Positions 9,704-18,572 of a stretch of 64,000 nucleotides of DNA are shown here, in pieces (position 1 is the first letter of the stretch; every line of letters starts with the position of its first letter). Position numbers and translations under genes: made by a program. The notes under the pieces were generated by a model that had not been told where the DNA came from, made no database searches, and was given only the letters and a program-made list of their open reading frames with translations. This DNA is from an uncultured Candidatus Rokubacteria bacterium (GTDB lineage: Bacteria; Methylomirabilota; Methylomirabilia; Rokubacteriales; DASRDR01), in contig CAWDVE010000025.1 of assembly GCA_963805625.1 (NCBI GenBank), positions 1 through 64,000 of the forward strand, in the 5' to 3' direction.

Positions 9704-10537
9704 ATGAAGAAGGGCGCGGTACGGGACTCCACGGGATCCGGGAAGGCGAAGCGGCCGGCACGTCCGGCCTCGCGGGCGGCCGAGCTGCCCGACATGAGCG
9801 CGTACGGCCGGCTCGCCGAGTACAACCGGAAGCGCCACTTCGACGTCACGCCCGAGCCCCGGGGGACCGCACGGGCGCGCGAAGCGGGGCGGCCCCTCCA
9901 GTTCGTCGTCCAGAAGCACCGCGCCACCGCGCTCCACTACGACTTCCGCCTGGAGCATCGCGGGGTGATGCTCTCGTGGGCGGTTCCCAAGGGCCCGTCG
10001 CCCGATCCCGCCGTGAAGCGGCTGGCGATGGAGACCGAGCCGCACCCGATGGACTACAACCAGTTCGAGGGCGTGATCCCCGAGGGCGCGTACGGCGGCG
10101 GAACCGTGATGATCTGGGACAAGGGCGTGTGGGCGCCGATCGCCCAGGACCGGCTCGGGGACGAGGCCGAGGTCGACCGCCAGCTCGCGAAGGGTGACCT
10201 CAAGTTCGTGCTACTGGGAGAGAAGCTCCTCGGCTCGTGGGTTCTGGTCCGGACGCGCGGCGGCCGGCAGTGGCTCCTCATCAAGCACCGTGACGAGTAC
10301 GCGAGCAAGGAGGATCTCACGGTCTCGAAGCCCCGGTCGGTCGTGTCCGGGCGCACGATGGCCGAGATCGGCGGAGCCGCCGGCGCGAGCCCGCGCCAGC
10401 TCCAGCAAGCCGCCGGCGCCGATCCCGCCGCGCCGCCTCCGGCCTCGCGCCCTCGCCGGACGGCTGAGCCGGCGGCGCGGCGGCCGGCGACACCATCCCG
10501 GCCGCGCCGCCCCGCGGGCGCGTCTTCACGGAGCTAG
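9704..10537 (+). CDS. ligD: Stand-alone LigD 3'-phosphoesterase (PE) domain protein
   Basis: YNRKRHFDVTPEP; FVVQKHRATALHYDFRLE; SWAVPKGPS; HPMDY..FEG.IP...YGGGTVMIWD. Confidence 0.9.
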   Translation: MKKGAVRDSTGSGKAKRPARPASRAAELPDMSAYGRLAEYNRKRHFDVTPEPRGTARAREAGRPLQFVVQKHRATALHYDFRLEHRGVMLSWAVPKGPSPDPAVKRLAMETEPHPMDYNQFEGVIPEGAYGGGTVMIWDKGVWAPIAQDRLGDEAEVDRQLAKGDLKFVLLGEKLLGSWVLVRTRGGRQWLLIKHRDEYASKEDLTVSKPRSVVSGRTMAEIGGAAGASPRQLQQAAGADPAAPPPASRPRRTAEPAARRPATPSRPRRPAGASSRS

Positions 10538-10662
10538 GCGCGGCCTCGCGAGGTTCCCCGGCGGCTCGGCGACGGCGGTCGTCGGCCGGCTCGAAGGCCG
10601 CTCGATCGGCGGCCTCCCGCCAGACGGCCGCCTGGCCATGGGCCCGCGCGCCGTCGCTCTCC

Positions 10663-11583
10663 TTGCCGACGGACGCCGACACCGTGGAGATCCGCGCCGG
10701 CGAGCGCGCCGTCCGGCTCACCAATCTCCGCAAGGTGTTCTGGCCGGAGCTCGGGCTCACGAAGCGCGACCTGCTCCAGTACTACGCCGACGTGGCGCCC
10801 GTCCTGCTGCCGCATCTCCGGGACCGCGCAATGGTGATGAAACGCTACCCGAACGGAGCATCCCGGGCGTTCTTCTTCATGAAGCGGGTGCCCGAGCCTC
10901 ATCCGCCGTGGCTCGACCTCTGCCCGATCGAGCACAGCTCGGGCAGCGTCATCGACTTCCCCGTCGTCCAGGATCTGCTCTCGCTCCTCTGGGTGGTCAA
11001 CCTCGGGTGCATCGACCTCAACCAATGGTACGCCCAGTGCGACGACGTGGACCGGCCCGACTACGTCCACTTCGACCTCGATCCCGTGACCGGCGCGACC
11101 GCGGTGGCGTTCGACCGCCTGCGCGAGGCCGCGCTCACGGTGCGGGACGCCCTCGCGGGGCTGGACATGCCGGCCTACGTCAAAACCACGGGCTCCCGCG
11201 GGTTTCACGTGTACGTGCCGATCGTGCGGGGGCCGGCCCAGAAGGACGTCTGGGACTTCGCGAAGCGGGTCGCGCTGGCGCTCGCCGCGGCCCGTCCGGC
11301 GCTCCTGACCGCGGAGTACCGGATCCCGAAGCGGCCGGCGGGACGCGTCCTGGTCGACTACAACCAGAACGCCTGGGGGCGGACGCTGGCGTCCGTCTAT
11401 TCGGTCCGGCCTCATCCGCGCGCGCTCGTGTCGACGCCCGTCACGTGGGACGAGGTCGCGCGGGGCGTCCGGCTCGAGGACCTCCACATCGGGAACGTTC
11501 CCGCACGCGTGCGGGCGCGTGGCGACCTGTGGGCGCCGCTCCTCGCCGACAAGAAGCGGGTGCGCCTCCCGCCCGTGTCCTGA
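10663..11583 (+). CDS. ligD: Stand-alone LigD primase-polymerase domain protein
   Basis: LTNLRKVFWP..TKRDLLQYY; KRYPNG; FDLDP; KTTGSRGFHVY; VDYNQN..TLASVYSVR. Confidence 0.9.
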   Translation: MPTDADTVEIRAGERAVRLTNLRKVFWPELGLTKRDLLQYYADVAPVLLPHLRDRAMVMKRYPNGASRAFFFMKRVPEPHPPWLDLCPIEHSSGSVIDFPVVQDLLSLLWVVNLGCIDLNQWYAQCDDVDRPDYVHFDLDPVTGATAVAFDRLREAALTVRDALAGLDMPAYVKTTGSRGFHVYVPIVRGPAQKDVWDFAKRVALALAAARPALLTAEYRIPKRPAGRVLVDYNQNAWGRTLASVYSVRPHPRALVSTPVTWDEVARGVRLEDLHIGNVPARVRARGDLWAPLLADKKRVRLPPVS

Positions 11584-11605
11584 GCCGCGAGGGCGCCGCG
11601 GTGGG

Positions 11606-11803
11606 GTGATCCGCGTCGGGATCTCCGGCTGGCGCTACGGACCCTGGCGCGGAGTGTGGTATCCGGACGGGCTGGCCCAGCGGCGCGAGCTGGAGTTCTG
11701 CGGCCATCACTTCCCGACTGTGGAGATCAACGGGTCCTTCTACTCGCTCCAGCGCCCCGGGAGCTACGACGCGTGGTACCGCGCGACGCCCCCGGGCTTC
11801 GTC
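11606..11803 (+). pseudogene. DUF72 family N-terminal fragment
   Basis: IRVGISGWRY..W.GVWYP..TVEINGSFYSLQRP; cut off by the XRE module. Confidence 0.8.
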
Positions 11804-11832
11804 GTCGGCGGAGTCGCTCTTGAAGAAGCCAT

Positions 11833-11861
11833 GTGACAATCTATCTCTGTAGAGATATCAT
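11833..11861 (+). promoter_or_regulatory. Promoter with palindromic operator upstream of the XRE gene
   Basis: GTGACA-N17-TATCAT with perfect inverted repeat TATCTCT-GT-AGAGATA (11842-11857) between the boxes. Confidence 0.6.
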
Positions 11862-12063
11862 GAGCGCTAAGAGACTGAGCGTGGCGATTCGACAGGCACG
11901 AGAGCAGAAGGGCCTGAGCCAAGCGGAGCTCGCGAAGCGGGCGAAGGTGGCGCAGGGATACATCTCCGATCTCGAGGCTGGCGGCAAGAAGAACCCGGGC
12001 ATCGATGTGCTGAAGCGTCTCGCCAAGGCCCTCGGCGTGCCGGTGGCGAAGCTGCTGGGGTGA
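11860..12063 (+). CDS. XRE-family HTH transcriptional regulator
   Basis: IRQAREQKGLSQAELAKRAKVAQGYISDLEAG..NPGIDVLKRLAKALGV. Confidence 0.9.
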   Translation: MSAKRLSVAIRQAREQKGLSQAELAKRAKVAQGYISDLEAGGKKNPGIDVLKRLAKALGVPVAKLLG

Positions 12064-12081
12064 AGGACGGAAGGCGCGTGT

Positions 12082-12106
12082 GTTGGGGCGCGCAGGCGCC
12101 CCCAAC
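12082..12106. terminator. Hairpin between convergent genes
   Basis: GTTGGGGCGC..GCGCCCCCAAC. Confidence 0.45.
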
Positions 12107-12115
12107 GGCAGTGTC

Positions 12116-12466
12116 TCAGTTCGAGGGGGGCCTATTCCAAGGGGTGACCCGTATCCTGGCGACGGCGTCAGGATCTTCGGATTTGATCCGGGCGGAGAAC
12201 CTAGTGCCGAGCGGCACGTGCTCATAGACTTGCAAGGCTACTTGTGGGGGTTGCATTGAAGTCCGTGGCTGGACCTCGGTCGGCTTGGTGCGGGATACCT
12301 CACGGCCCGATGGCCCTGTGGCCCATTCGACAAGGATAGTGCGGCGCGCTTGAGACCACACCGTGACCGTATAGCCCTCAGCGTCTTCCGGGCATGAGGC
12401 GAGAACCTCGGTCCATGCCCCCCAGGTGTCGAGACGGGTCGATCCGCGAACATCCGCAGCCGCCAT
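12116..12466 (-). CDS. Hypothetical protein (116 aa, lower GC)
   Basis: ORF from ATG 12466 ending at the hairpin; no recognised motif. Confidence 0.4.
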   Translation of the reverse strand: MAAADVRGSTRLDTWGAWTEVLASCPEDAEGYTVTVWSQARRTILVEWATGPSGREVSRTKPTEVQPRTSMQPPQVALQVYEHVPLGTRFSARIKSEDPDAVARIRVTPWNRPPSN

Positions 12467-12617
12467 GGCCTGAGTATGACACGGGCGGGTACTGAGGACG
12501 ACCTGGCGTGGTGCTGCTGTCGCCGGGTCGGTTGGCAAGTATGGACTGGTCAGTGCCGGTGACGGCGCTGCTGGAGTGAAGCTGCTGTGCTTGCTCGCAC
12601 CTCACGGGAGGATGGTA

Positions 12618-12805
12618 ATGAAACCCCTGACCGATTTCATCGTGAGTTGGGGTCCCATGCTCCTTTTCGTTGGGATCTGGTTCTGTTTCATGAAGAGAGG
12701 CCCCTGGATATCCGAGAACACAAGCAGAACGAACGGAGTCAGCAGCACATGGAGAAGGTTGAGCGTCTCTTGGAACGAATCGCGACGGCGTTAGAGCGTC
12801 GGTAG
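12618..12805 (+). CDS. Small membrane protein resembling FtsH TM2 plus coiled coil (one frameshift)
   Basis: GGAGG RBS; IVSWGPMLLFVGIWFCFMKR, continuing in another frame as QHMEKVERLLERIATALERR*. Confidence 0.6.
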
Positions 12806-12912
12806 GGAATGAAGAAGACGCCCCGCGCGGTGGTTGCGACACTGCTGGAGCCGGGCCGAGGACGACCTCGCGCCGCGGATGGCGGCGCTGGAGCTGTGAG
12901 GAAGGACTAGTC

Positions 12913-13242
12913 ATGGCACGAGGACTGACCGGACCACGTGGAGTGAAGGGTGCGCGGGGTCAACGCGGGGGCGTCGGACTGACAGGACCTCCGGGCCCGC
13001 CTGGACCTCCCGGGATCGAGGGCATGCGAGGCGTCACGGGAGCCAGAGGCGCCAGGGGTGCCACCGGGCGACAGCGCGTCATCACGAAAGTGAGCCGGAA
13101 ACTCACGATCCGGATGATCGAACACCTAGATTGTGAGATGAGCGCGGTGCACAAGGCCCTGGAGACGCAACTCATCCGGATCGCGCAGATTCAGCAGCAG
13201 TTGGACGAGCTCCGCGCGAGGGTGGGCGCTGAAGGTCGATAG
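12913..13242 (+). CDS. Short collagen-like protein (17 Gly-X-Y triplets + C-terminal coiled coil)
   Basis: GLTGPRGVKGARGQRGGVGLTGPPGPPGPPGIEGMRGVTGARGARGATGRQ; AAGGA RBS. Confidence 0.8.
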   Translation: MARGLTGPRGVKGARGQRGGVGLTGPPGPPGPPGIEGMRGVTGARGARGATGRQRVITKVSRKLTIRMIEHLDCEMSAVHKALETQLIRIAQIQQQLDELRARVGAEGR

Positions 13243-13329
13243 GGGATGCGCCATGATCGCCGCCGTCTACGCCTGCACGGCGACCGCGCCGCACGGATGG
13301 CGGCGCTGAAGCTGTGAGTCTTGGCTCCG

Positions 13330-13473
13330 CTAGATGGGTTGTGGCTCGCCACCGGACAAGAAGAAGTCCGTCGGCCCAGCGTACAGGACCTCATGCGCCA
13401 GGTCCTCCGGGGTCAGGACGCGCTCGATGCGGGGCGGCTCGTAGGGTGGGGCAATCGGGGGCGTCTCGGCCAT
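13330..13473 (-). CDS. 47-aa RiPP-precursor-like peptide (not in the ORF track)
   Basis: AAGGAGG RBS; MAETPPIAPPYEPPRIERVLTPEDLAHEVLYAGPTDFFLSGGEPQPI*. Confidence 0.6.
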   Translation of the reverse strand: MAETPPIAPPYEPPRIERVLTPEDLAHEVLYAGPTDFFLSGGEPQPI

Positions 13474-13556
13474 GGGGGGCGGTCCTCCTTGGGTGGGGTG
13501 GGTGGGGGCAGGCTATCACGGCATCGCGGTTCAGGCGACGCGGGGAGGGGAGACTG

Positions 13557-14745
13557 ATGGGCGCGATCTATCGCCCGAAGTACCAGGGCGGCACGGGGTG
13601 ACGCAAGTCTCCACCGTGTGGTGGGTGCGCTTCCGCCAGCACGGCAAGACGCTCCGGCAATCCGCGGAGACGACCTCGGAGGCGAAGGCCCGAGCGTTTC
13701 TGCGGGAGCGTGAGGGGAAGGTGGCCCTCAACATCCCGGTCAACGTCGAAGCGGACCGGCTGACGCTGGGCGAGGCCGCCGACGTGATCCGGAACGACTA
13801 CACCGCGAACGGCCACAAGTCCGCGGGACACCCTGGAGCTCCGGCTCACACATCTGCTCGCGCACTTCGGCGCCGCCACGCGGCTGAGTCGGATCACCAC
13901 CGGCCACGTGGAGCACTACAAGGTCGCTCGGCTCGCCAAGCCCGTCACCCTGCCGGCGACGAAAACGCTCCGCGTCGAGTCGCCCGCCCGACCTCCGAAG
14001 CTCACGTCGTCCGCTACCGTCAACCGCGAGATCGCCATCCTCGCCCGGATGGGGTCGCTGGCCCGGCGCCAGCACGGGCTCGCGGTGCCGTTCATGGTCG
14101 AGAAGCTCAAGGAACGGAATGCCCGGGAGGGTTTTTCGAGGAGGCGGCGTTCCTGGCGGTCTGTCGCCTGCTCCGCCCGGAGGTTGCGGCGCTCGCGACG
14201 GTGGGGAACCTCACCGGCTGGCGCAGTCGGAACTCCGCTCTCGCCAGTGGCGCCACGTTGACTTCGGCGCCGGCTGGAAGCGGCTTGAGCCCGAGGAGAC
14301 GAAGAACCGGGAGGGGCGCATGTTCCCCCTGATCCCCGAGCTCCGGGCGGTCCTCCAGGCGCAGCGCACGCGCGTGGAGGCGCTCCAGACGGCGACGGGC
14401 CAGGTGATCCCGTGGGCGTTCTGCCGGGACAACGGCGCCCCGGTGGGCGACTTCAAGAAGGCGTGGACGACCGCGCGGATCAAGGCCGGCGTCCCCGGGC
14501 GGCTCTTCCACGCCTTCCGGCGGACCGCCGTCCGCAACCTGATCCGCGCGGGGATCCCGGAGACGGTCGCGATGAAACTAACGGGCCACCGAACGGCCGT
14601 GTTCCAACGCTACGCGATTGTGGAAGAGGGGATGCTCCAGGAGGCGGGCGCCCGCCTCGCGGCGGCTGGGCTCGCCGGGGGTGCCGGGGGCAAGAGTGGC
14701 AAAGACAGGCGGAGAAGTGCAAAGTCGCCGCACTTGCCCCGCTGA
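13557..14745 (+). pseudogene. Island tyrosine integrase (frameshifted)
   Basis: MGAIYRPKY..WWVRF; ATVNREIAIL; TGWR; ETKNREGR; [22 protein letters not shown]; several frameshifts. Confidence 0.88.
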
Positions 14746-14777
14746 GATATCATATGGTCACGGGGCAGGATTTCAGA

Positions 14778-14823
14778 CCTCACATGCCGGGGGTCGCAGA
14801 TTCAAGTCCTGCATCGTCCACCA
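14778..14823 (+). repeat. attR: duplicate of the tRNA-Val 3' half starting at the anticodon loop
   Basis: CCTCACATGCCGGGGGTCGCAGATTCAAGTCCTGCATCGTCCACCA matches 1591-1636 at 45/46. Confidence 0.95.
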
Positions 14824-14828
14824 GCTCA

Positions 14829-14863
14829 AGCCGCGGGGTTGCATTGGCACCCCGCGGTTCTTC
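14829..14863 (+). terminator. Intrinsic terminator (probably the displaced native tRNA terminator)
   Basis: CCGCGGGG..CCCCGCGG followed by TTCTTCT. Confidence 0.65.
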
Positions 14864-14958
14864 TGTCGCGTTGCAGATCCGGACACTGTTGACATCGGGC
14901 AAGGTGGCGGGGTCTACAATGGTGGCGCGACGTCAACTCCCCAACCGCGAGGTGAACC

Positions 14959-15618
<660 letters not shown>

Positions 15619-15709
15619 TCGGGTCGCAGCGCGACCGGGGCGCCCGTGAGAGATGCAAGTCTCGCGGGCGTCCCGGGCCCGGAGGTGTAAGCCTTCCGGG
15701 CTTCGAGCG

Positions 15710-16552
15710 TTAGACGACCACCTCGCTGAGATCCGTGCCGAGCACCACTGGGCCGTCGTAGTCCCGCGCCACGTCCGCCGCGATCGACCGGATCATCGCG
15801 TCAGAGGCCGGCCGGAAGTGCGTGAGGACCAGCTTCTTCACCCGCGCCTGCTGGGCGATCCGGCCCACGGTGTCCGCGCATGCGATGGTCTCCTGAGCGA
15901 GGCGGAGGAAGTACGGCGTGGCGAGCTCCGCCCGGGCCATGTAGCAGCACTGGACCAGCACGTCCGCGTCCCGGGCGAGGCGATCGAGGCCCTCGCAGGC
16001 GACGCTGTCCCCGCTGAACGCGACGACCTTGCCCTTGGCCTCCACGCGGTAGCCGAGGCACACCCAGCGACGTTTGAAGGCTTCCGGGTAGTCGAGCCCG
16101 TGCCCGTGCGCAACGGGCTCGGCGAGCACTCTCCAGGTTCCGCCATCGTGGACGAGCCCGCTGACGACGTCGGCGCTCTCGACGGGCGCCCAGCGGGTGC
16201 TGAGCTCACCCTGGGAGCGAAACGCGATGTCCCGCTCGTAGACCTGCTCGATGAGAGCCGTCACGATTGACGCGGTGCCGGGTGGACCCACGACACGCAA
16301 CGCCCGCTTCCGGCCCTGGAGCCAGCCGGTGAGGATCACGTCCCCGAGATCGCCGATGTGGTCGTAGTGGTGATGGGTGATGAACACGGGGTGGACCTTC
16401 TCGACGGGGATGCCCGCGCGGGCAAGCTGCAGGACGACGCCGCGGCCGGTATCGAACAGGAGGTGCGCGTCTCCGATCTCGAGTGCGATTGCCGACCCGT
16501 GACGGGTCGGGTCGGGTATCGGTCCGCCGGTGCCGAGGAGCGTGAGCTTCAT
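15710..16552 (-). CDS. MBL-fold metallo-hydrolase (RNase Z/AtsA-like)
   Basis: MKLTLLGTGGP; THHHYDH; FSGD; LVLTH. Confidence 0.85.
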   Translation of the reverse strand: MKLTLLGTGGPIPDPTRHGSAIALEIGDAHLLFDTGRGVVLQLARAGIPVEKVHPVFITHHHYDHIGDLGDVILTGWLQGRKRALRVVGPPGTASIVTALIEQVYERDIAFRSQGELSTRWAPVESADVVSGLVHDGGTWRVLAEPVAHGHGLDYPEAFKRRWVCLGYRVEAKGKVVAFSGDSVACEGLDRLARDADVLVQCCYMARAELATPYFLRLAQETIACADTVGRIAQQARVKKLVLTHFRPASDAMIRSIAADVARDYDGPVVLGTDLSEVVV

Positions 16553-16769
16553 TCGCCAGTTCCAAGACTGCGGGAGACTTCTACCGTGCCGCCGGCGGCC
16601 GTGCAAGGGTAGGTCGAGCTGCGCGAGCGGCTGCTACCGGGCACCGGCGCGGAGCCTTGCCGGGATCAGAGCGGTCTCTGGGACCGCCGGTAGGCCGTTG
16701 CCGGGCGCCTGAGGATATACTCGACGTCATGGAGCGAGCCTTGCGCGAATCCACTTCGCACGGGAGGGT

Positions 16770-17540
16770 GTGATGTCGAGTGTGACCAGCTTGCGCGCGA
16801 ATCGACGGGACGAGTCGGCGGAGTGGCAGCTTCGCGTCGACCTGGCGGCAGCGTTTCGGCTGGCGGCCGAGTTCGGCTGGCACGAGGCCGTGGCGAACCA
16901 CTTCAGTCTCGCCGTGACGGCCGACGGCAAGAAGTTCCTGATGAACCCGAGGTGGCGGTACTTCTCCCGGATCAAGGCGAGCGAGCTCCTGTTGCTCGAC
17001 GTCGACGACAAGGCGACCATGAGCCGTCCCGACGCGCCCGACGCCTCCGCGTGGTGCATCCACGGCCACCTTCACGGGGCGCTGCCGCAGGCGCGCTGCA
17101 TCCTCCACGTTCACCCGCCGTATGCCACGGCGATCGCCTCGCTGGCCGATCCTGAGCTCAAGCCGATCGAGCAGAACACGGCCCGCTACTACAAGCGGAT
17201 GGCGATCGACCTGGAGTTCGGCGGCATCGCCGACAACGAGGAGGAAGGCCGGCGTCTGGTGCGCATGCTCGGCAATTACAAGCGCGCGATGCTCGGTAAC
17301 CACGGCGTCCTGGTCGTGGGCGACACTGTGGCGGAGGCCTTCGACGACCTCTACTACCTCGAACGCGCCTGTCAGACGCTGGTCCTGGCCTATTCGACCG
17401 GTCAGAGACTCAAGGTCCTGTCCCCCGAGATCGCCGAGGCCACCGCCCGCGGCTGGGAAGACTACAAGGACGCGGCGTTCTCACACTTCGACGAGCTGAA
17501 GAGGATCCTCGACGCCAAGGATCCCTCGTACAAGGACTGA
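16770..17540 (+). CDS. Class II aldolase/adducin family protein
   Basis: RVDLAAAFR; NHFS; IHGHLH; ILHVHPPY; LGNHG. Confidence 0.9.
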   Translation: MMSSVTSLRANRRDESAEWQLRVDLAAAFRLAAEFGWHEAVANHFSLAVTADGKKFLMNPRWRYFSRIKASELLLLDVDDKATMSRPDAPDASAWCIHGHLHGALPQARCILHVHPPYATAIASLADPELKPIEQNTARYYKRMAIDLEFGGIADNEEEGRRLVRMLGNYKRAMLGNHGVLVVGDTVAEAFDDLYYLERACQTLVLAYSTGQRLKVLSPEIAEATARGWEDYKDAAFSHFDELKRILDAKDPSYKD

Positions 17541-17574
17541 TCCTGGGCCGAGGCGCCGAGCGGGCCGTCACGAG

Positions 17575-18465
17575 CTAACCCCAGGTCAGGAGGCGAAGGA
17601 GATCGCTCGTGAGATCGGTGAGCTGAAAGCAGCCCCGCCGCCCGCCTAGTCGCGTCCGCACGCCCCCCGCCCAATCGGCGCCGAGCTTCACGCCGATCAT
17701 GTCCCGGACCCGTTGCTGCGGCTCCTCGCAGATGCCCATGTAGGGGAGACGGGGTGTCAGCACGCGGGCCGCGAGGACCTGGTGGCTCTGCTCGTCCACG
17801 TCGTACCAGAGCTCGAACCCGTGCACCTGGTCGAACATCGACTGGTAGAGGGAGAGCGTCCCTCCCGCGCGGGCGACGTGACTCCGCTTGTAGCGGTGGA
17901 ACACGAGCTTCCGGCCGGGGGGCGCTGCGTACATGTCGACGATGGCGGGCGTCCGGACCGGTCTCTCCGCGAAGAGAGCCTCCGTCTCCGCCCGGTACGT
18001 GAAGCAGAGATCGAGGAGCTCCGGCCAGGCCTCGAGGTCCAGTCGGTGAAACTCCGCGGGACCCAGTCGAGGCGAGCCGGGCAGGTCGACCTGCGTCACC
18101 TGTCGCGAGAGGCGGGCCGCCTCGATGGCCGCGTCGAGCAGGTGGCAGGCGAACGGATGCTCGCCCAGGAGGCCGGCGACCTGCCGGCGGAAGCCGGCGG
18201 CGATGCGGAGGCGGCCGATTCTCCGGAATGCTTCCAGGAGCGGGCCGCACCTCTCCCTCGTCGACTCGGAGCGCGCGGTCGCTGTCGCCGCGGACAGCTG
18301 GTAGCTCGGCGCCGGCTCGGCGACGAGGCCGACCTCGAGGTCGATCAGCCCGTCGCTCAGCCGAGCGTTGAGCTGGAGCAGGGACCCCTCGAGAGCGTCG
18401 ACCCATCCCGTCGCGATCCGCTCGTAGGAGCCGGCTCGATCGAGAAACCGGCACTCGATCGTCAT
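17575..18465 (-). CDS. DUF2889-like hypothetical protein
   Basis: 296 aa; PYMGIC..GGRRGCFQLTDL. Confidence 0.55.
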   Translation of the reverse strand: MTIECRFLDRAGSYERIATGWVDALEGSLLQLNARLSDGLIDLEVGLVAEPAPSYQLSAATATARSESTRERCGPLLEAFRRIGRLRIAAGFRRQVAGLLGEHPFACHLLDAAIEAARLSRQVTQVDLPGSPRLGPAEFHRLDLEAWPELLDLCFTYRAETEALFAERPVRTPAIVDMYAAPPGRKLVFHRYKRSHVARAGGTLSLYQSMFDQVHGFELWYDVDEQSHQVLAARVLTPRLPYMGICEEPQQRVRDMIGVKLGADWAGGVRTRLGGRRGCFQLTDLTSDLLRLLTWG

Positions 18466-18572
18466 CGCGTCAGTGCTTTCCCGCCCCGCGGACTGCCCGA
18501 GGGCGGGTCACGCGGCGCCTTCTCTCGGGCCTGCGTTCACGGTGTCATCGGGGGTGCCGGGCGTCTCGAGCG

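Larger units (their letters stand above)
1591..14823. mobile_element. Genomic island integrated in tRNA-Val (attL 1591-1636, attR 14778-14823)
   Basis: 46-bp direct repeat of the tRNA 3' half with 1 mismatch; integrase adjacent to attR; mosaic accessory content. Confidence 0.9.

Noticed and set aside
12037-13318. Short direct repeats as a CRISPR array or attC sites
   Set aside because: Spacing is gene-sized and irregular, the repeats are of several types, there are no cas genes and no attC R/L box palindromes
14778-14823. Second tRNA-Val gene
   Set aside because: Only the 3' half is present; it is attR
14889-14920. TTGACA..TACAAT promoter for the peroxiredoxin
   Set aside because: The spacer is 20 bp, too long to call with confidence
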